Shown here: positions 17,597-26,633 of the stretch, piece after piece
Position numbering within the stretch: the stretch's first letter is position 1
Layout of the letters: every line of letters begins with the position of its first letter
Virus record (IMG/VR): IMGVR_UViG_3300045988_180675
Coordinates: 64,001 to 128,000 of that record
Direction: 5' to 3' (one strand)
Length of the DNA stretch: 64,000 nt
Origin: a virus
Made by a program: the position numbers and the translations under genes
Notes under the pieces: model-generated
Database searches by the model: none
What the model saw: the letters and a program-made list of their open reading frames with translations, nothing else
Told to the model about the DNA's origin: nothing

Positions 17597-18604
17597 ATGG
17601 TATTTATCAAAGCAATTTTATCATTAATGCTTTTGATTACGATTGCATTGATATATTTCGTAATCAAAAAGTTATTAAGAAGAGTTTTTAGAAAAATAAA
17701 AAGAACTTTTAGAGGAATTTTATCTGGAGCAATATTATTAATTGTTGCCATATCCCTATCATTTATATCGATTTTAACTGTCGGAACAGATGTTCCATAC
17801 ATCAAAATAAACACAGATAGCACAGATATCCCAGCTACATTGTCCGATGGAGATCTTGTTCTTAGATATAACGAACAAAAGGTATTTACAACTAGAGAAT
17901 ATAAGGAACATTTAAAGAAACAAGACAAATATGAAGATTATCAGATCGTTTACTTACACGATGGAATAGAGGAATATGCTAAAATCTCTGCAAATGGAGG
18001 GGATGCCTATTCGATCGGTATTGTTTGTGGAGATGATAATAAGCTATCCAAAGTATATGGAATCGCTGAAAAAACTGGCTTAAAGGTTGGTGATGAGATC
18101 CTTTCCATTTCTGGTATTCCTGTAACAAAAGAATATACAGCGAAGAAGATCTTAGAAGATTATAAGATCGATTCTAGCCCTGTTTTATTAGCGTATAAGC
18201 GTGATGGGAAAGAATCTAGGGTAAATATCATCCCAGTTAAAGAAGGCATTAAAACAACGCAATTTAGAGTCAGTGGTGCATATACAAAGGAAGTTCCTGA
18301 TCTAATTGGCTCTGCATTGAATGAAGTAAGAGTTGATGCTCAAGCTGTATTAAGTTTAAATCTTGCGATGCTATTGTCTGAGCCTATCCATATATTTATT
18401 TTCCATATTTCAATTGCTTGGATGGTATTCGTATTTGCGTTAGCGTTATTATTCACATTTATTTTTTCAATCTTAAATGTAATGCGAAAGATTATGAAGA
18501 TCAATAACAAAACAATAAAGAGTATTAAGACAGTTCTATATATCGTTATCGTTCCATTGTATGTACTAATCGTGCATGTGTTAGGAGTTATTCAATCGCT
18601 ATGA
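17597..18604 (+). CDS. multi-pass membrane protein with PDZ domain (possible catalytically dead M50/S2P relative)
   Basis: It has TM segments at both ends and a PDZ core GLKVGDEILSISGIPV. SLNLAMLLSEP resembles the S2P NxxPxxxLDG region. No HExxH is present. Confidence 0.5.
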   Translation: MVFIKAILSLMLLITIALIYFVIKKLLRRVFRKIKRTFRGILSGAILLIVAISLSFISILTVGTDVPYIKINTDSTDIPATLSDGDLVLRYNEQKVFTTREYKEHLKKQDKYEDYQIVYLHDGIEEYAKISANGGDAYSIGIVCGDDNKLSKVYGIAEKTGLKVGDEILSISGIPVTKEYTAKKILEDYKIDSSPVLLAYKRDGKESRVNIIPVKEGIKTTQFRVSGAYTKEVPDLIGSALNEVRVDAQAVLSLNLAMLLSEPIHIFIFHISIAWMVFVFALALLFTFIFSILNVMRKIMKINNKTIKSIKTVLYIVIVPLYVLIVHVLGVIQSL

Positions 18605-19050
18605 ATAAGGATACAGTAGGAACAAAGGTTTTAAGCGATGGGAGTATCAAAATTATTATTCCCATCTGCCCAAGAACAAAGAAGAATTCTCAAAATATTT
18701 ATCATAAGAATATTATCTCGAAGACGACTGGGAAAATAAAAAAGGTTCCATTTGTCGCTCCATCAAGTCCATTTAAAAAGTATGAAAAAGACGCATCTTT
18801 ATTTGTAAGACCTTTGGGCATTGATTATCCGATCAATATTAAAGCTTTATATTATATGGATACATACAGAACCATAGACCTAACCAATCTAAATGAAGCA
18901 TTGCACGATATTCTCGTTGTGAATGGGTTGCTAGTGGACGACAATACTAAAATCGTTGTATCTACGGATGGAAGTAGAGTATTCTATGATAAAAACAATC
19001 CTAGAACAGAGGTCTACATAACAAAAGCAGAACCAACATTCTCAAAATAA
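18601..19050 (+). CDS. RusA-like Holliday junction resolvase (variant active site)
   Basis: RTIDLTNLNEALHDILVVNGLLVDDNTKIV aligns to RusA [29 protein letters not shown]. The second Asp of DLDN is Thr here. Confidence 0.5.
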   Translation: MNKDTVGTKVLSDGSIKIIIPICPRTKKNSQNIYHKNIISKTTGKIKKVPFVAPSSPFKKYEKDASLFVRPLGIDYPINIKALYYMDTYRTIDLTNLNEALHDILVVNGLLVDDNTKIVVSTDGSRVFYDKNNPRTEVYITKAEPTFSK

Positions 19051-19083
19051 AAAAAAGAGGGTAAATTAGCCCTCTCTTTTTTT
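19050..19083. terminator. bidirectional intrinsic terminator
   Basis: A8, then stem AGAGGG/CCCTCT (19056-19075), then a T-run, at a convergent junction. Confidence 0.7.
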
Positions 19084-19606
19084 AGTCCTCGATTTCCTTG
19101 TAGACGACAGTAAAGGTTCTCTTCTCTGCAATGCCAGAGCATTTTGACTCGATCATCTTGTTAAGAAGATCTTGAGCAATCTTTCTAACATCTGCATAAA
19201 ATGGTTTGCTGCCACTATAGTAGCGAAGTGCAGTTAATGTTGCATTGCAAACATCAAGATCATCTAAGTAGACAGATTGAATCCAATCCTTGCCATCCTT
19301 ATGAATGATCTTCGTCTTCATAAAAGCATTGCTGATCAATGGGTTACTGCCACTTTGCAAGTAGTAATAATATCCGTTTAGTTCGAATTCAATATAAGAA
19401 CCAAAACTCCATGTGAAGCCTTTAACCGTCATTTCAGCTTGGTCTTCGTTTCTGATGATAAGCTGTTCACCACCAAAATGATAGTCTTGTTGGTAGTATT
19501 GCTTATTGGCAAGCTTTCCACCATTCTCTTTTACGAGATTTAATACTTCCTTAAATACCCACATCATGGCATATTCGCCATTTTTTAGATAAACTTTGTC
19601 CAACAT
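19082..19606 (-). CDS. hypothetical protein
   Basis: The start is moved to ATG 19606, which follows AAAGGAGGAAAATTAAA. Confidence 0.6.
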   Translation of the reverse strand: MLDKVYLKNGEYAMMWVFKEVLNLVKENGGKLANKQYYQQDYHFGGEQLIIRNEDQAEMTVKGFTWSFGSYIEFELNGYYYYLQSGSNPLISNAFMKTKIIHKDGKDWIQSVYLDDLDVCNATLTALRYYSGSKPFYADVRKIAQDLLNKMIESKCSGIAEKRTFTVVYKEIED

Positions 19607-19607
19607 T

Positions 19608-20189
19608 TTAATTTTCCTCCTTTGGATCCCAGTTGAAATAGATTGGGTCACTTAAAAGCATTCCGAATTGAACCTTGATACCCTGCTCTGCATAATATTC
19701 AGATAACTTTTTAAAAATGATATCAGAATAAACAGTGATATCCATTGCCTTTTCTCCAAGCTTGATCGTTCCTTCGGAAAAGCCATTTTTTGCTTTTTCT
19801 AACATTTCATTTTTTAAATGGAACTTTGTAAACTCAATAATGTCTGTCAACATCATTTTATGAAATGGTAGGTCCAATCTATCTGTTGGATAGAATTGCT
19901 TAACCACACAGATTACCTGTGTTGAATCAACTGTAACAAAAGTATTGCCTCCACAGGCTTCATTTGTTGTTGATGTTAATGTCTTGATTGCTAGTTCAGT
20001 ATTTTCTAATAAGCAATCGAACTCTTTGTCTAACTTGATAGACATTTTCACCTGCTCTTGACAGTGAGAATAAACGATATATTGTCCATTCTCTAATGCT
20101 TTTTTCACTTGGCTTTTAATAGCCTCCAAATCGTTCATGACTGTTTCCAACTTGTTGTATTCTGCTCTTAATTCATCTATTAATAACAT
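19608..20189 (-). CDS. hypothetical protein, distant paralog of 20305..20916
   Basis: The start is moved to ATG 20189 with an AGGAGGAAAAT SD. The N-terminus LIDELRAE and the C-terminal YAEQGIKVQF...FNW parallel the neighbour. Confidence 0.6.
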   Translation of the reverse strand: MLLIDELRAEYNKLETVMNDLEAIKSQVKKALENGQYIVYSHCQEQVKMSIKLDKEFDCLLENTELAIKTLTSTTNEACGGNTFVTVDSTQVICVVKQFYPTDRLDLPFHKMMLTDIIEFTKFHLKNEMLEKAKNGFSEGTIKLGEKAMDITVYSDIIFKKLSEYYAEQGIKVQFGMLLSDPIYFNWDPKEEN

Positions 20190-20217
20190 AATTTTCCTCC
20201 TTTGGCTCTTTAGCCTT

Positions 20218-20258
20218 ATCCATGTTATCAAATGATACAAAAATATTATGTGATATAG
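20218..20258 (-). promoter_or_regulatory. class-1 promoter/leader box
   Basis: The plus strand reads CCATGTTATCAAAT (20220-20233) and ATTATG (20245-20250). The hairpin GGCTCTTTAGCC lies just downstream in the leader. Confidence 0.5.
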
Positions 20259-20304
20259 GAAGAAATAAAAAAGGACAATATATTTTTGCCCTTTTAAAAT
20301 ATTA

Positions 20305-20916
20305 TTACTTCCAAGAAAATTCCATGCTTGGCTCTTTGGTATTTAATTTCAAAGAAATGCCACGTGACTCATAGAGCTTCTCAATTGTTTCTTTTAGCCA
20401 CTGGCTATGTCTGTCGTAGAGTGGGAATAAGCTACATCCACAATAATCCATTAAGGATTGTTTGCCGTTACTAACACCATCTGATGCTGCTTCTAATAGC
20501 TTTTCTTTGATCAATAAATCGGTATCATGAAGCATATTTGTTTTGATCGCAGTTTCGAATAGCTCGCTTGTCTCTTCTGACATATCGATCTTAAAATAAG
20601 CAGTGTTGCTACTTCCGACATCCATCAAATATAAGTTTTTTGCTCCAGTAACTTCCTTCATTGCCTGTACTAATTTGTAACGAATTAGTGGAGTGAGTTC
20701 ACTTCTTGATAAGTCTAATAAATCAATAGGAATCTGGAACATAATGTGATTTCGATAACACTTGCCTTCATACCTTTCCATCGCTTCATGGATTGAAAAT
20801 TCCTGATTTTTAATACACTTTTCTAATAGTGGTTTAAGCTTTGATGTTTTTTTTGCAGCCTTTCTTTCTGCCATTTCTTTTGTTTCTCGTAATTCATCTA
20901 AAAGGTTTAATGCCAT
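20305..20916 (-). CDS. hypothetical protein co-transcribed with secA paralog
   Basis: There is a 21-nt gap after the secA stop and an AAGGAGGA SD. No motif was recognised. Confidence 0.6.
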   Translation of the reverse strand: MALNLLDELRETKEMAERKAAKKTSKLKPLLEKCIKNQEFSIHEAMERYEGKCYRNHIMFQIPIDLLDLSRSELTPLIRYKLVQAMKEVTGAKNLYLMDVGSSNTAYFKIDMSEETSELFETAIKTNMLHDTDLLIKEKLLEAASDGVSNGKQSLMDYCGCSLFPLYDRHSQWLKETIEKLYESRGISLKLNTKEPSMEFSWK

Positions 20917-20937
20917 TTTATATATCCTCCTTGGCTC

Positions 20938-23427
20938 TTAGTCTAATTGCATCTTTGCAATGGAAATCTTCATGTGCTTATTGTTTGTCTTGACTTCTTC
21001 AATAATAGGTTCTTTTTCTTCTTGCTTTGGTTCTGGTGCAGGAACGAACACCTGAATATTGTACATTGTCTTGACTGTTTGAGCAATGATATTCATCATC
21101 ATTTCATTAAAGAGCTGATAGCCCAAACGCTTATATTCTAGCTTAGGATCCTTCTGACCATAAGCCTTGATACCAATCCATTGCTTTAACTGTTCCATAT
21201 CGTCTAAATGGATCTTCCAGTTTGTATCAATGATACGTAATAAAACCTGACGTTCTAATTGACGCATCTGCTCTGGATCTACAAAGAGAGCTTCTTTTTC
21301 TGCATAAACGTTCATTGCACGTTCTACAACTGCATTCAATACAGTCTCCTTGCTTGTTCCGATTAATTCTTCATTACGTACACATAAGTTTGGATAGATT
21401 GCATATAACTGGTTGTTTAAAGAATCGAACTCTTCTTTTGTTAGTTTCTTGCCATTCATGCTCTTTGAAACGATGCCATCAAGATGATCCTTGACCATGC
21501 CTGTGATTGTTGCGTACATGTTGCCCTTATCTAAGACCTTGTTGCGTTCTGCATAAATGATTTCACGCTGATGGTTGTTGACAATATCGTACTCTAAAAG
21601 ATTCTTACGGATGCCGTAGTTGTTATCTTCAATACGATGCTGAGCATCTGTAATAGCTGCCAACAAGATCTTGTTTGTGATCTCTTCTCCTATTGTATGA
21701 TTCTTTTCATAGATAGAGAAGTAGTCAGCAGAACCAAAACGCTTTACAAGATTATCTTCTAAAGATAGGTAGAAACGAGATTCACCTGGATCGCCTTGAC
21801 GACCTGAACGACCACGTAACTGATTATCAATACGACGAGATTCATGACGTTCTGTACCAATAATCTTTAAGCCGCCATTCGCCTTTGCTTCATCATCTAA
21901 CTTGATATCTGTACCACGACCAGCCATGTTTGTTGCAATCGTTACTGCTCCAGCAATACCTGCCTTAGCTACGATTTCAGCTTCCTTGGAGTCATTCTTT
22001 GCATTTAATACTGTATGTGGAATACCACGCTTAGATAATGCACGGTCTAAAAGTTCAGAAACATCAATACTAGCTGTACCAACTAATACTGGCTGACGCT
22101 TCTTATAAGCCTTTTCTACTTCATTGCAGATTGCTTCATATTTTTCCTTCTTTGTTAAGAAAACAACGTCAGTTAGATCCTTACGAATAACTGGCTGATG
22201 AGTAGGAACTGCAACTACATCCATACCATAGATATCTTGGAATTCCTTTTCTTCTGTAATCGCTGTACCTGTCATACCAGCCTTCTTTTCATACTTGTTA
22301 AAGAAATTCTGGAATGTTACAGTTGCTAAAGTTTGGTTTTCCTCTTTGATTTCAACGCCTTCCTTTGCTTCGATAGCTTGGTGCAAGCCATCAGAGAAAC
22401 GACGACCGTCCATTACACGTCCTGTAAATTCATCAACGATCATAACTTCGCCATCACGAACAATGTAGTGTTCATCCTTGTGCATTAGGTAGTTTGCACG
22501 TAATGCAGTGTTGATGCAGTGCTGTAATTCAATATTTGTTGAATCAGAAAGATTCTCGATTGCAAAGACCTTTTCAGCCTTCTTGATTCCATTTTCTGTT
22601 AAAGTGATGACTTGATCCTTTTCATCCTTGATATAGTCACCTGTTTCTTCATACTTTTCGCCCATCAAAGAGTCGATCTTGCTGAATTCCTTAGCCTTAC
22701 CACAAACCAAAGACTTAACGAACATGTCGGCATGCTTGTATAACTCTGTTGACTTTCCACTGCCACCAGAAATAATAAGTGGAGTACGTGCTTCGTCGAT
22801 TAAAACGGAGTCAACTTCATCCATGATAACATAGTGTAAGCCACGCTGAACTCTATCAGCTGCTTCCGTAGCCATGTTGTCACGCAAATAGTCAAAACCT
22901 AATTCGTTATTTGTAATGTATGTAATATCTGAACCGTATGCAATCTGACGCTCCAAAGGGGATGAATAGTTTAATACTACACCTACAGTTAAGCCTAAAA
23001 ACTCGTGTACTTTGCCCATTTGCTCTGCATCACGAGATGCTAAGTAATCATTTACTGTTACGACATGCACACCCTTTCCTGTCAAAGCATTCAAGTAGGC
23101 TGGCATCGTTGAAACCAGTGTCTTACCCTGTCCAGTTGCAAGCTCACCGATTCTTCCTTGGTGTAATAAAATACCGCACATCACCTGCTCATCGTATGGG
23201 AACATGCCTAAAACACGACGGTCAGCTTCACGTACCACGGCAAATGCCTCTGGTAAGATCTTGTCTAACTTTTCGCCATTTTCAATTCTCTTTTTGAATT
23301 CGTTTGTCTTCTGCTTTAGTTCTTCGTCTGATAATAATGTAATCTTCTTTCCAAACTTCTCAATCTTCTTTAAGGTTGGCTTTAACTTCTTGATTTCTTT
23401 TTCACTTTTTGTTTTAAATAACTTCAT
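20938..23427 (-). CDS. secA: SecA-family preprotein translocase ATPase, 829 aa, no C-terminal zinc-binding tail
   Basis: Motifs: ELATGQGKTLVS, MDEVDSVLIDEARTPLIISG, GRGTDIKL, TERHESRRIDNQLRGRSGRQGDPG. Confidence 0.95.
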   Translation of the reverse strand: MKLFKTKSEKEIKKLKPTLKKIEKFGKKITLLSDEELKQKTNEFKKRIENGEKLDKILPEAFAVVREADRRVLGMFPYDEQVMCGILLHQGRIGELATGQGKTLVSTMPAYLNALTGKGVHVVTVNDYLASRDAEQMGKVHEFLGLTVGVVLNYSSPLERQIAYGSDITYITNNELGFDYLRDNMATEAADRVQRGLHYVIMDEVDSVLIDEARTPLIISGGSGKSTELYKHADMFVKSLVCGKAKEFSKIDSLMGEKYEETGDYIKDEKDQVITLTENGIKKAEKVFAIENLSDSTNIELQHCINTALRANYLMHKDEHYIVRDGEVMIVDEFTGRVMDGRRFSDGLHQAIEAKEGVEIKEENQTLATVTFQNFFNKYEKKAGMTGTAITEEKEFQDIYGMDVVAVPTHQPVIRKDLTDVVFLTKKEKYEAICNEVEKAYKKRQPVLVGTASIDVSELLDRALSKRGIPHTVLNAKNDSKEAEIVAKAGIAGAVTIATNMAGRGTDIKLDDEAKANGGLKIIGTERHESRRIDNQLRGRSGRQGDPGESRFYLSLEDNLVKRFGSADYFSIYEKNHTIGEEITNKILLAAITDAQHRIEDNNYGIRKNLLEYDIVNNHQREIIYAERNKVLDKGNMYATITGMVKDHLDGIVSKSMNGKKLTKEEFDSLNNQLYAIYPNLCVRNEELIGTSKETVLNAVVERAMNVYAEKEALFVDPEQMRQLERQVLLRIIDTNWKIHLDDMEQLKQWIGIKAYGQKDPKLEYKRLGYQLFNEMMMNIIAQTVKTMYNIQVFVPAPEPKQEEKEPIIEEVKTNNKHMKISIAKMQLD

Positions 23428-23497
23428 ATATAATCTCCTTTTCTTGTATACTGTTTAGGAATCTTTTGCCCTAAATCTCTTCTTTCTTTATATACTT

Positions 23498-23515
23498 ATT
23501 ATAGCATAACAGTAT
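23498..23515 (-). promoter_or_regulatory. class-2 promoter (TTGTAA-N17-TATAAT with ATACTGTTAT in spacer) for secA
   Basis: The reverse complement reads CTTGTAAAAATCATACTGTTATGCTATAAT. Confidence 0.6.
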
Positions 23516-23549
23516 GATTTTTACAAGTCTTTCCTATTCTTTTCAACAA

Positions 23550-23715
23550 ATAAAAAAGAGCCGAAATTATATCGGCTCTAACGAAAGTGTGCCTTATAGC
23601 ACTGTAGAAAAAAGAGTGGTACTGAGAAAACAAGAACACTTTACAGTGTTTTGCAAAATGGGATATGTTCCGTTTTGCTTAATTACATTCTATTCTTTTT
23701 GCCTTTATTTATCAA
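23550..23715 (-). ncRNA. candidate ~125-nt small RNA with own promoter and terminator
   Basis: Minus-strand promoter TTGATA (rc 23710-23715)-N17-TAGAAT (rc 23687-23692). Hairpins AACACT/AGTGTT and AGTGC/GCACT. Terminator stem 23557-23579 followed by a T-run. No SD-ATG is present. Confidence 0.4.
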
Positions 23716-23716
23716 C

Positions 23717-23752
23717 AAAAAAAGCCAAGAAATCATCTTGGCTATTTTTTTA
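23717..23752. terminator. intrinsic terminator after primase gene
   Basis: Stem AGCCAAGA (23723-23730) pairs with TCTTGGCT (23736-23743), flanked by an A-run and a T-run. Confidence 0.65.
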
Positions 23753-25352
23753 GTGGTAATTGATACATTGCTGCTAATACATTCGAAAGGTCATGGTTGA
23801 ACTTCGTTCTTGTATCAGGTGACATCTTATTATAAGAATCAACGTGATACAGATCCAGCAACATGCTAAAACGTTCTTCGTAGATAGCCTTGAACTCATC
23901 AAACTTTATTGACTTTAATAAAGCTCTATAGTTTCTATTCTGAAGTATCAGATCATCAAAGCCTTTCCCATATTCTTCACGCCACGTAAGAACAAATGGG
24001 TCCAACCCTAATTCTTTTAGAGCTTCTGATAAAGCACTTAATTGTCTGTAAACAGAACTATTTTGTAGTACATCTGCATCAAACATTAAGAATGCTTTAT
24101 TTCGAGAGCCTTTTATAGACTTCAGCATTGGAATAATAGAACTCCAAGAGCTTACTCCAGAAACATAGATTGCAATGTTTCCAGCCTTGGCAATTGCTTC
24201 AGCCTTGAATCGACCTTCTGTAATACAAATGGATGATTTATCCGTCATGGATTTTGGATAAATGATTCCACCTGGAGATCCAGAACTAGCTCCACCATAA
24301 ATACCAGCTTCTCCATTTAAGGAGGCTGATGAAAACCATGTGTAGCGAGGAGCATTATCGCTCTTTTTGTATGCTCTTATCTGGATTCCTACGCATTTTC
24401 CGTTTTCGTCTTTTGCCATGATCCCAATTCCAGCTCTGCCTGTAAATTTTACTCGTCTTGAATTGATATCAAGGTAGAATCCTGGAACTAAAGGCATCTG
24501 TTTTACGATCTTATTTAGAAGCTCATGTTTTTTGAAAGCTTCTTTTTCTTCTCTTGTAAGTTCCTCAAACTTCTTCTTAAAAGATTCATAAGCAAATCTA
24601 TCTCTGATCAGCTTGAACATACGTCTTACAAAAGTGCTACTGTGATCACTTCCCTCTGTTACTGGGAATGTAAAGTAGTTTTTTAGATCTTCTTCACATA
24701 GACCTCTTGTGGTAATCAGATGTTCACGGTCTTTTGGTGAAAGCCCAGATACAAGTGCCATAGCTGAATATACAATGTGGATCACATCGGGATCAGCCTT
24801 TGGAGCCTCGGTTTGGTTGATTGCAACATTTTCCTGAGACTTAACTGCATCGAAGTTTACCTTGATGGCATTTTTATTCTTATATTCTTCTTTGGATATA
24901 TAGCCCATTCGATAACATAAGTGATAAACTGCATCATTAAATTTTGTAATACCGTAAAATCTCATTTCGAAATCAATTGTTGACTTTCCAAAACCATCTG
25001 TAAAGCAATACCACATCGCTTTGCTTGGTGTAATTACAAAAGAACCAGGGACCTGATCGCCATGGAACGGACATAACGCATAAGCATTTTGTCCTTTCTT
25101 TGGTGATACTGCCAAAATAGCTTCTTTTGAAAATGGAACCATTTTCTTATTGTGATCATAAATTGGGGTTAGCCCGAATTTCATCACAGCCGTAGTATAT
25201 GGATCGCTTGAAGTTGAAACTTCATTATAGATCTCATCTGCTGTTGCATCTGGATAATTTTTACTAGCTGTTGCTATTACCCATTGAACAGGGGCTTTTT
25301 TGGCGAGTGTCATTAGTTCGCCAATTTTTCCTTTCTCCCATTTCTTCATCAT
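23742..25352 (-). CDS. DnaG-like primase (degenerate CHC2 finger + Toprim)
   Basis: The finger is CPFHGDQVPGSFVITPSKAMWYCFTDG, and the second Cys pair is not canonical. Toprim is marked by ICITEGRFKAEA and LMFDADVLQN. Confidence 0.7.
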   Translation of the reverse strand: MMKKWEKGKIGELMTLAKKAPVQWVIATASKNYPDATADEIYNEVSTSSDPYTTAVMKFGLTPIYDHNKKMVPFSKEAILAVSPKKGQNAYALCPFHGDQVPGSFVITPSKAMWYCFTDGFGKSTIDFEMRFYGITKFNDAVYHLCYRMGYISKEEYKNKNAIKVNFDAVKSQENVAINQTEAPKADPDVIHIVYSAMALVSGLSPKDREHLITTRGLCEEDLKNYFTFPVTEGSDHSSTFVRRMFKLIRDRFAYESFKKKFEELTREEKEAFKKHELLNKIVKQMPLVPGFYLDINSRRVKFTGRAGIGIMAKDENGKCVGIQIRAYKKSDNAPRYTWFSSASLNGEAGIYGGASSGSPGGIIYPKSMTDKSSICITEGRFKAEAIAKAGNIAIYVSGVSSWSSIIPMLKSIKGSRNKAFLMFDADVLQNSSVYRQLSALSEALKELGLDPFVLTWREEYGKGFDDLILQNRNYRALLKSIKFDEFKAIYEERFSMLLDLYHVDSYNKMSPDTRTKFNHDLSNVLAAMYQLPLKK

Positions 25353-25396
25353 TTTCCTCCTTTTTTTTTATACAAATATATATACTATCATTTGAT

Positions 25397-25438
25397 CTCC
25401 ATGTCATCAAACAATTCACATATATAATGCAATAAAAC
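25397..25438 (-). promoter_or_regulatory. class-1 promoter/leader box
   Basis: The plus strand reads CTCCATGTCATCAAAC...TATATAATGC. Confidence 0.45.
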
Positions 25439-25482
25439 AAGAAATAAAAAAAAGGCTATATTGTTATATAGCTTTTCCTTAT

Positions 25483-25665
25483 TTAGATTACTTTTGGAAA
25501 CACTTGTTCTGTCTTTGCAGTAATGATACGCCACACTTTTTCAGCATTCTTCTCAAATGCTTGTAAGAATCTAGCTTCATTGTGTACTGCCTTTTTATTT
25601 TTGGATTCACACAATAAGACATATTTCCCTGTGTTTTTGTTGTAGCTGTAGAGACCGTACTTCAT
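25483..25665 (-). CDS. hypothetical small protein
   Basis: GGAGGAAAATAAAA SD. Confidence 0.5.
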   Translation of the reverse strand: MKYGLYSYNKNTGKYVLLCESKNKKAVHNEARFLQAFEKNAEKVWRIITAKTEQVFPKVI

Positions 25666-25667
25666 TT

Positions 25668-25985
25668 TTATTTTCCTCCATTTGTTCTTTCTTTTAATTC
25701 TTTTTCGATTTCTTGAATTGCTTCTAAGAACTCGATCTTTGATGTTACTTTTCTTTGCATTGCAAACGCTTCTACTTCAGAACGAAGTGCAACGTGGCGT
25801 AATGCACAAGCATTAATAAAACAAACATCTGCATACTTCTTTTGAGTTGCAGAAAGACGGATCATCAGGTCGTATCCGATTTCTTTTGAACCCCATACAA
25901 CAATCGTATTGTTGCTTTCCGTAACTGTTTTAACAGCCTTGTAACCTTCATCACGAAGGTATCCTTCAGTCATAGTGACTTTCAT
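25668..25985 (-). CDS. hypothetical protein
   Basis: AAGGAGGAAAATTAAAAA SD. Confidence 0.55.
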   Translation of the reverse strand: MKVTMTEGYLRDEGYKAVKTVTESNNTIVVWGSKEIGYDLMIRLSATQKKYADVCFINACALRHVALRSEVEAFAMQRKVTSKIEFLEAIQEIEKELKERTNGGK

Positions 25986-25988
25986 TTT

Positions 25989-26204
25989 TTAATTTTCCTC
26001 CTTTTCGTACAATGCCTTTGTTTCTTCCGTCATGTAATAACGGTTCTTCTTGGAACAGTTTGACTCTAAAACGATCGCATCATCTAATATCTCTATTACA
26101 TGACATTTGAGTTTTAGATCTTCCGCATGGAAATAACCATGTTTGGATAATAGCTTGCCTGCATGATAGATGAACTTGTCGCCGATTTTACAATTGATAA
26201 GCAT
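25989..26204 (-). CDS. hypothetical small protein
   Basis: The start is moved to ATG 26204, which has a GAGGTGG SD. It overlaps the upstream gene's end by 17 nt. Confidence 0.5.
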   Translation of the reverse strand: MLINCKIGDKFIYHAGKLLSKHGYFHAEDLKLKCHVIEILDDAIVLESNCSKKNRYYMTEETKALYEKEEN

Positions 26205-26520
26205 TTGCCACCTCTTCGATCGGTAAGATCTTATCCTTGTATTTAGCGACATTTACGCCTTTTACGGTCGTAAGCAATCCAAAATCATTAGAGTTCTCGA
26301 TGATTTCAGCATCTTTTTCCGATACTTCGCAGAATGTAAAACCAAAAGTGTCAATAATTTCGATATCTGATGCACCCTCATACTCACATTCTTCATCTTC
26401 TGTGATAATGTTACAAATATGATCAACCATCATATCGATCATCCCTTTTGGATCTGTTCCAGTCATTCCAGCCTTAAAGCCATCCATTTGTAGATCATAC
26501 ACTGCAAAAAACTTTTTCAT
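26188..26520 (-). CDS. hypothetical acidic protein
   Basis: AGGAGGAAAATTAT SD. The sequence is D/E-rich. Confidence 0.55.
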   Translation of the reverse strand: MKKFFAVYDLQMDGFKAGMTGTDPKGMIDMMVDHICNIITEDEECEYEGASDIEIIDTFGFTFCEVSEKDAEIIENSNDFGLLTTVKGVNVAKYKDKILPIEEVANAYQL

Positions 26521-26546
26521 ATAATTTTCCTCCTATGTCTGTTTTC

Positions 26547-26587
26547 TCCATGTTATCAGACTATTTATACATATATTTTGTAATATG
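26547..26587 (-). promoter_or_regulatory. class-1 promoter/leader box (variant)
   Basis: The plus strand reads CTCCATGTTATCAGAC...ATTTTGTAATATG. Confidence 0.4.
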
Positions 26588-26596
26588 AACAGAAAA

Positions 26597-26625
26597 TAAA
26601 AAAGAGGACTTATTAATCCTCTTTT
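26597..26625 (-). terminator. intrinsic terminator after ssb
   Basis: Stem AGAGGA/TCCTCT with a minus-strand T-run. Confidence 0.55.
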
Positions 26626-26633
26626 AATTTTCT

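Noticed and set aside
20938-23427. SecA as a sign that the window is ordinary chromosome
   Set aside because: It is flanked on both sides by orphan genes, element-specific promoter boxes, primase/SSB genes and a relaxase-bearing region. I saw no ribosomal or core-metabolic genes. This cannot be fully excluded without the rest of the genome.
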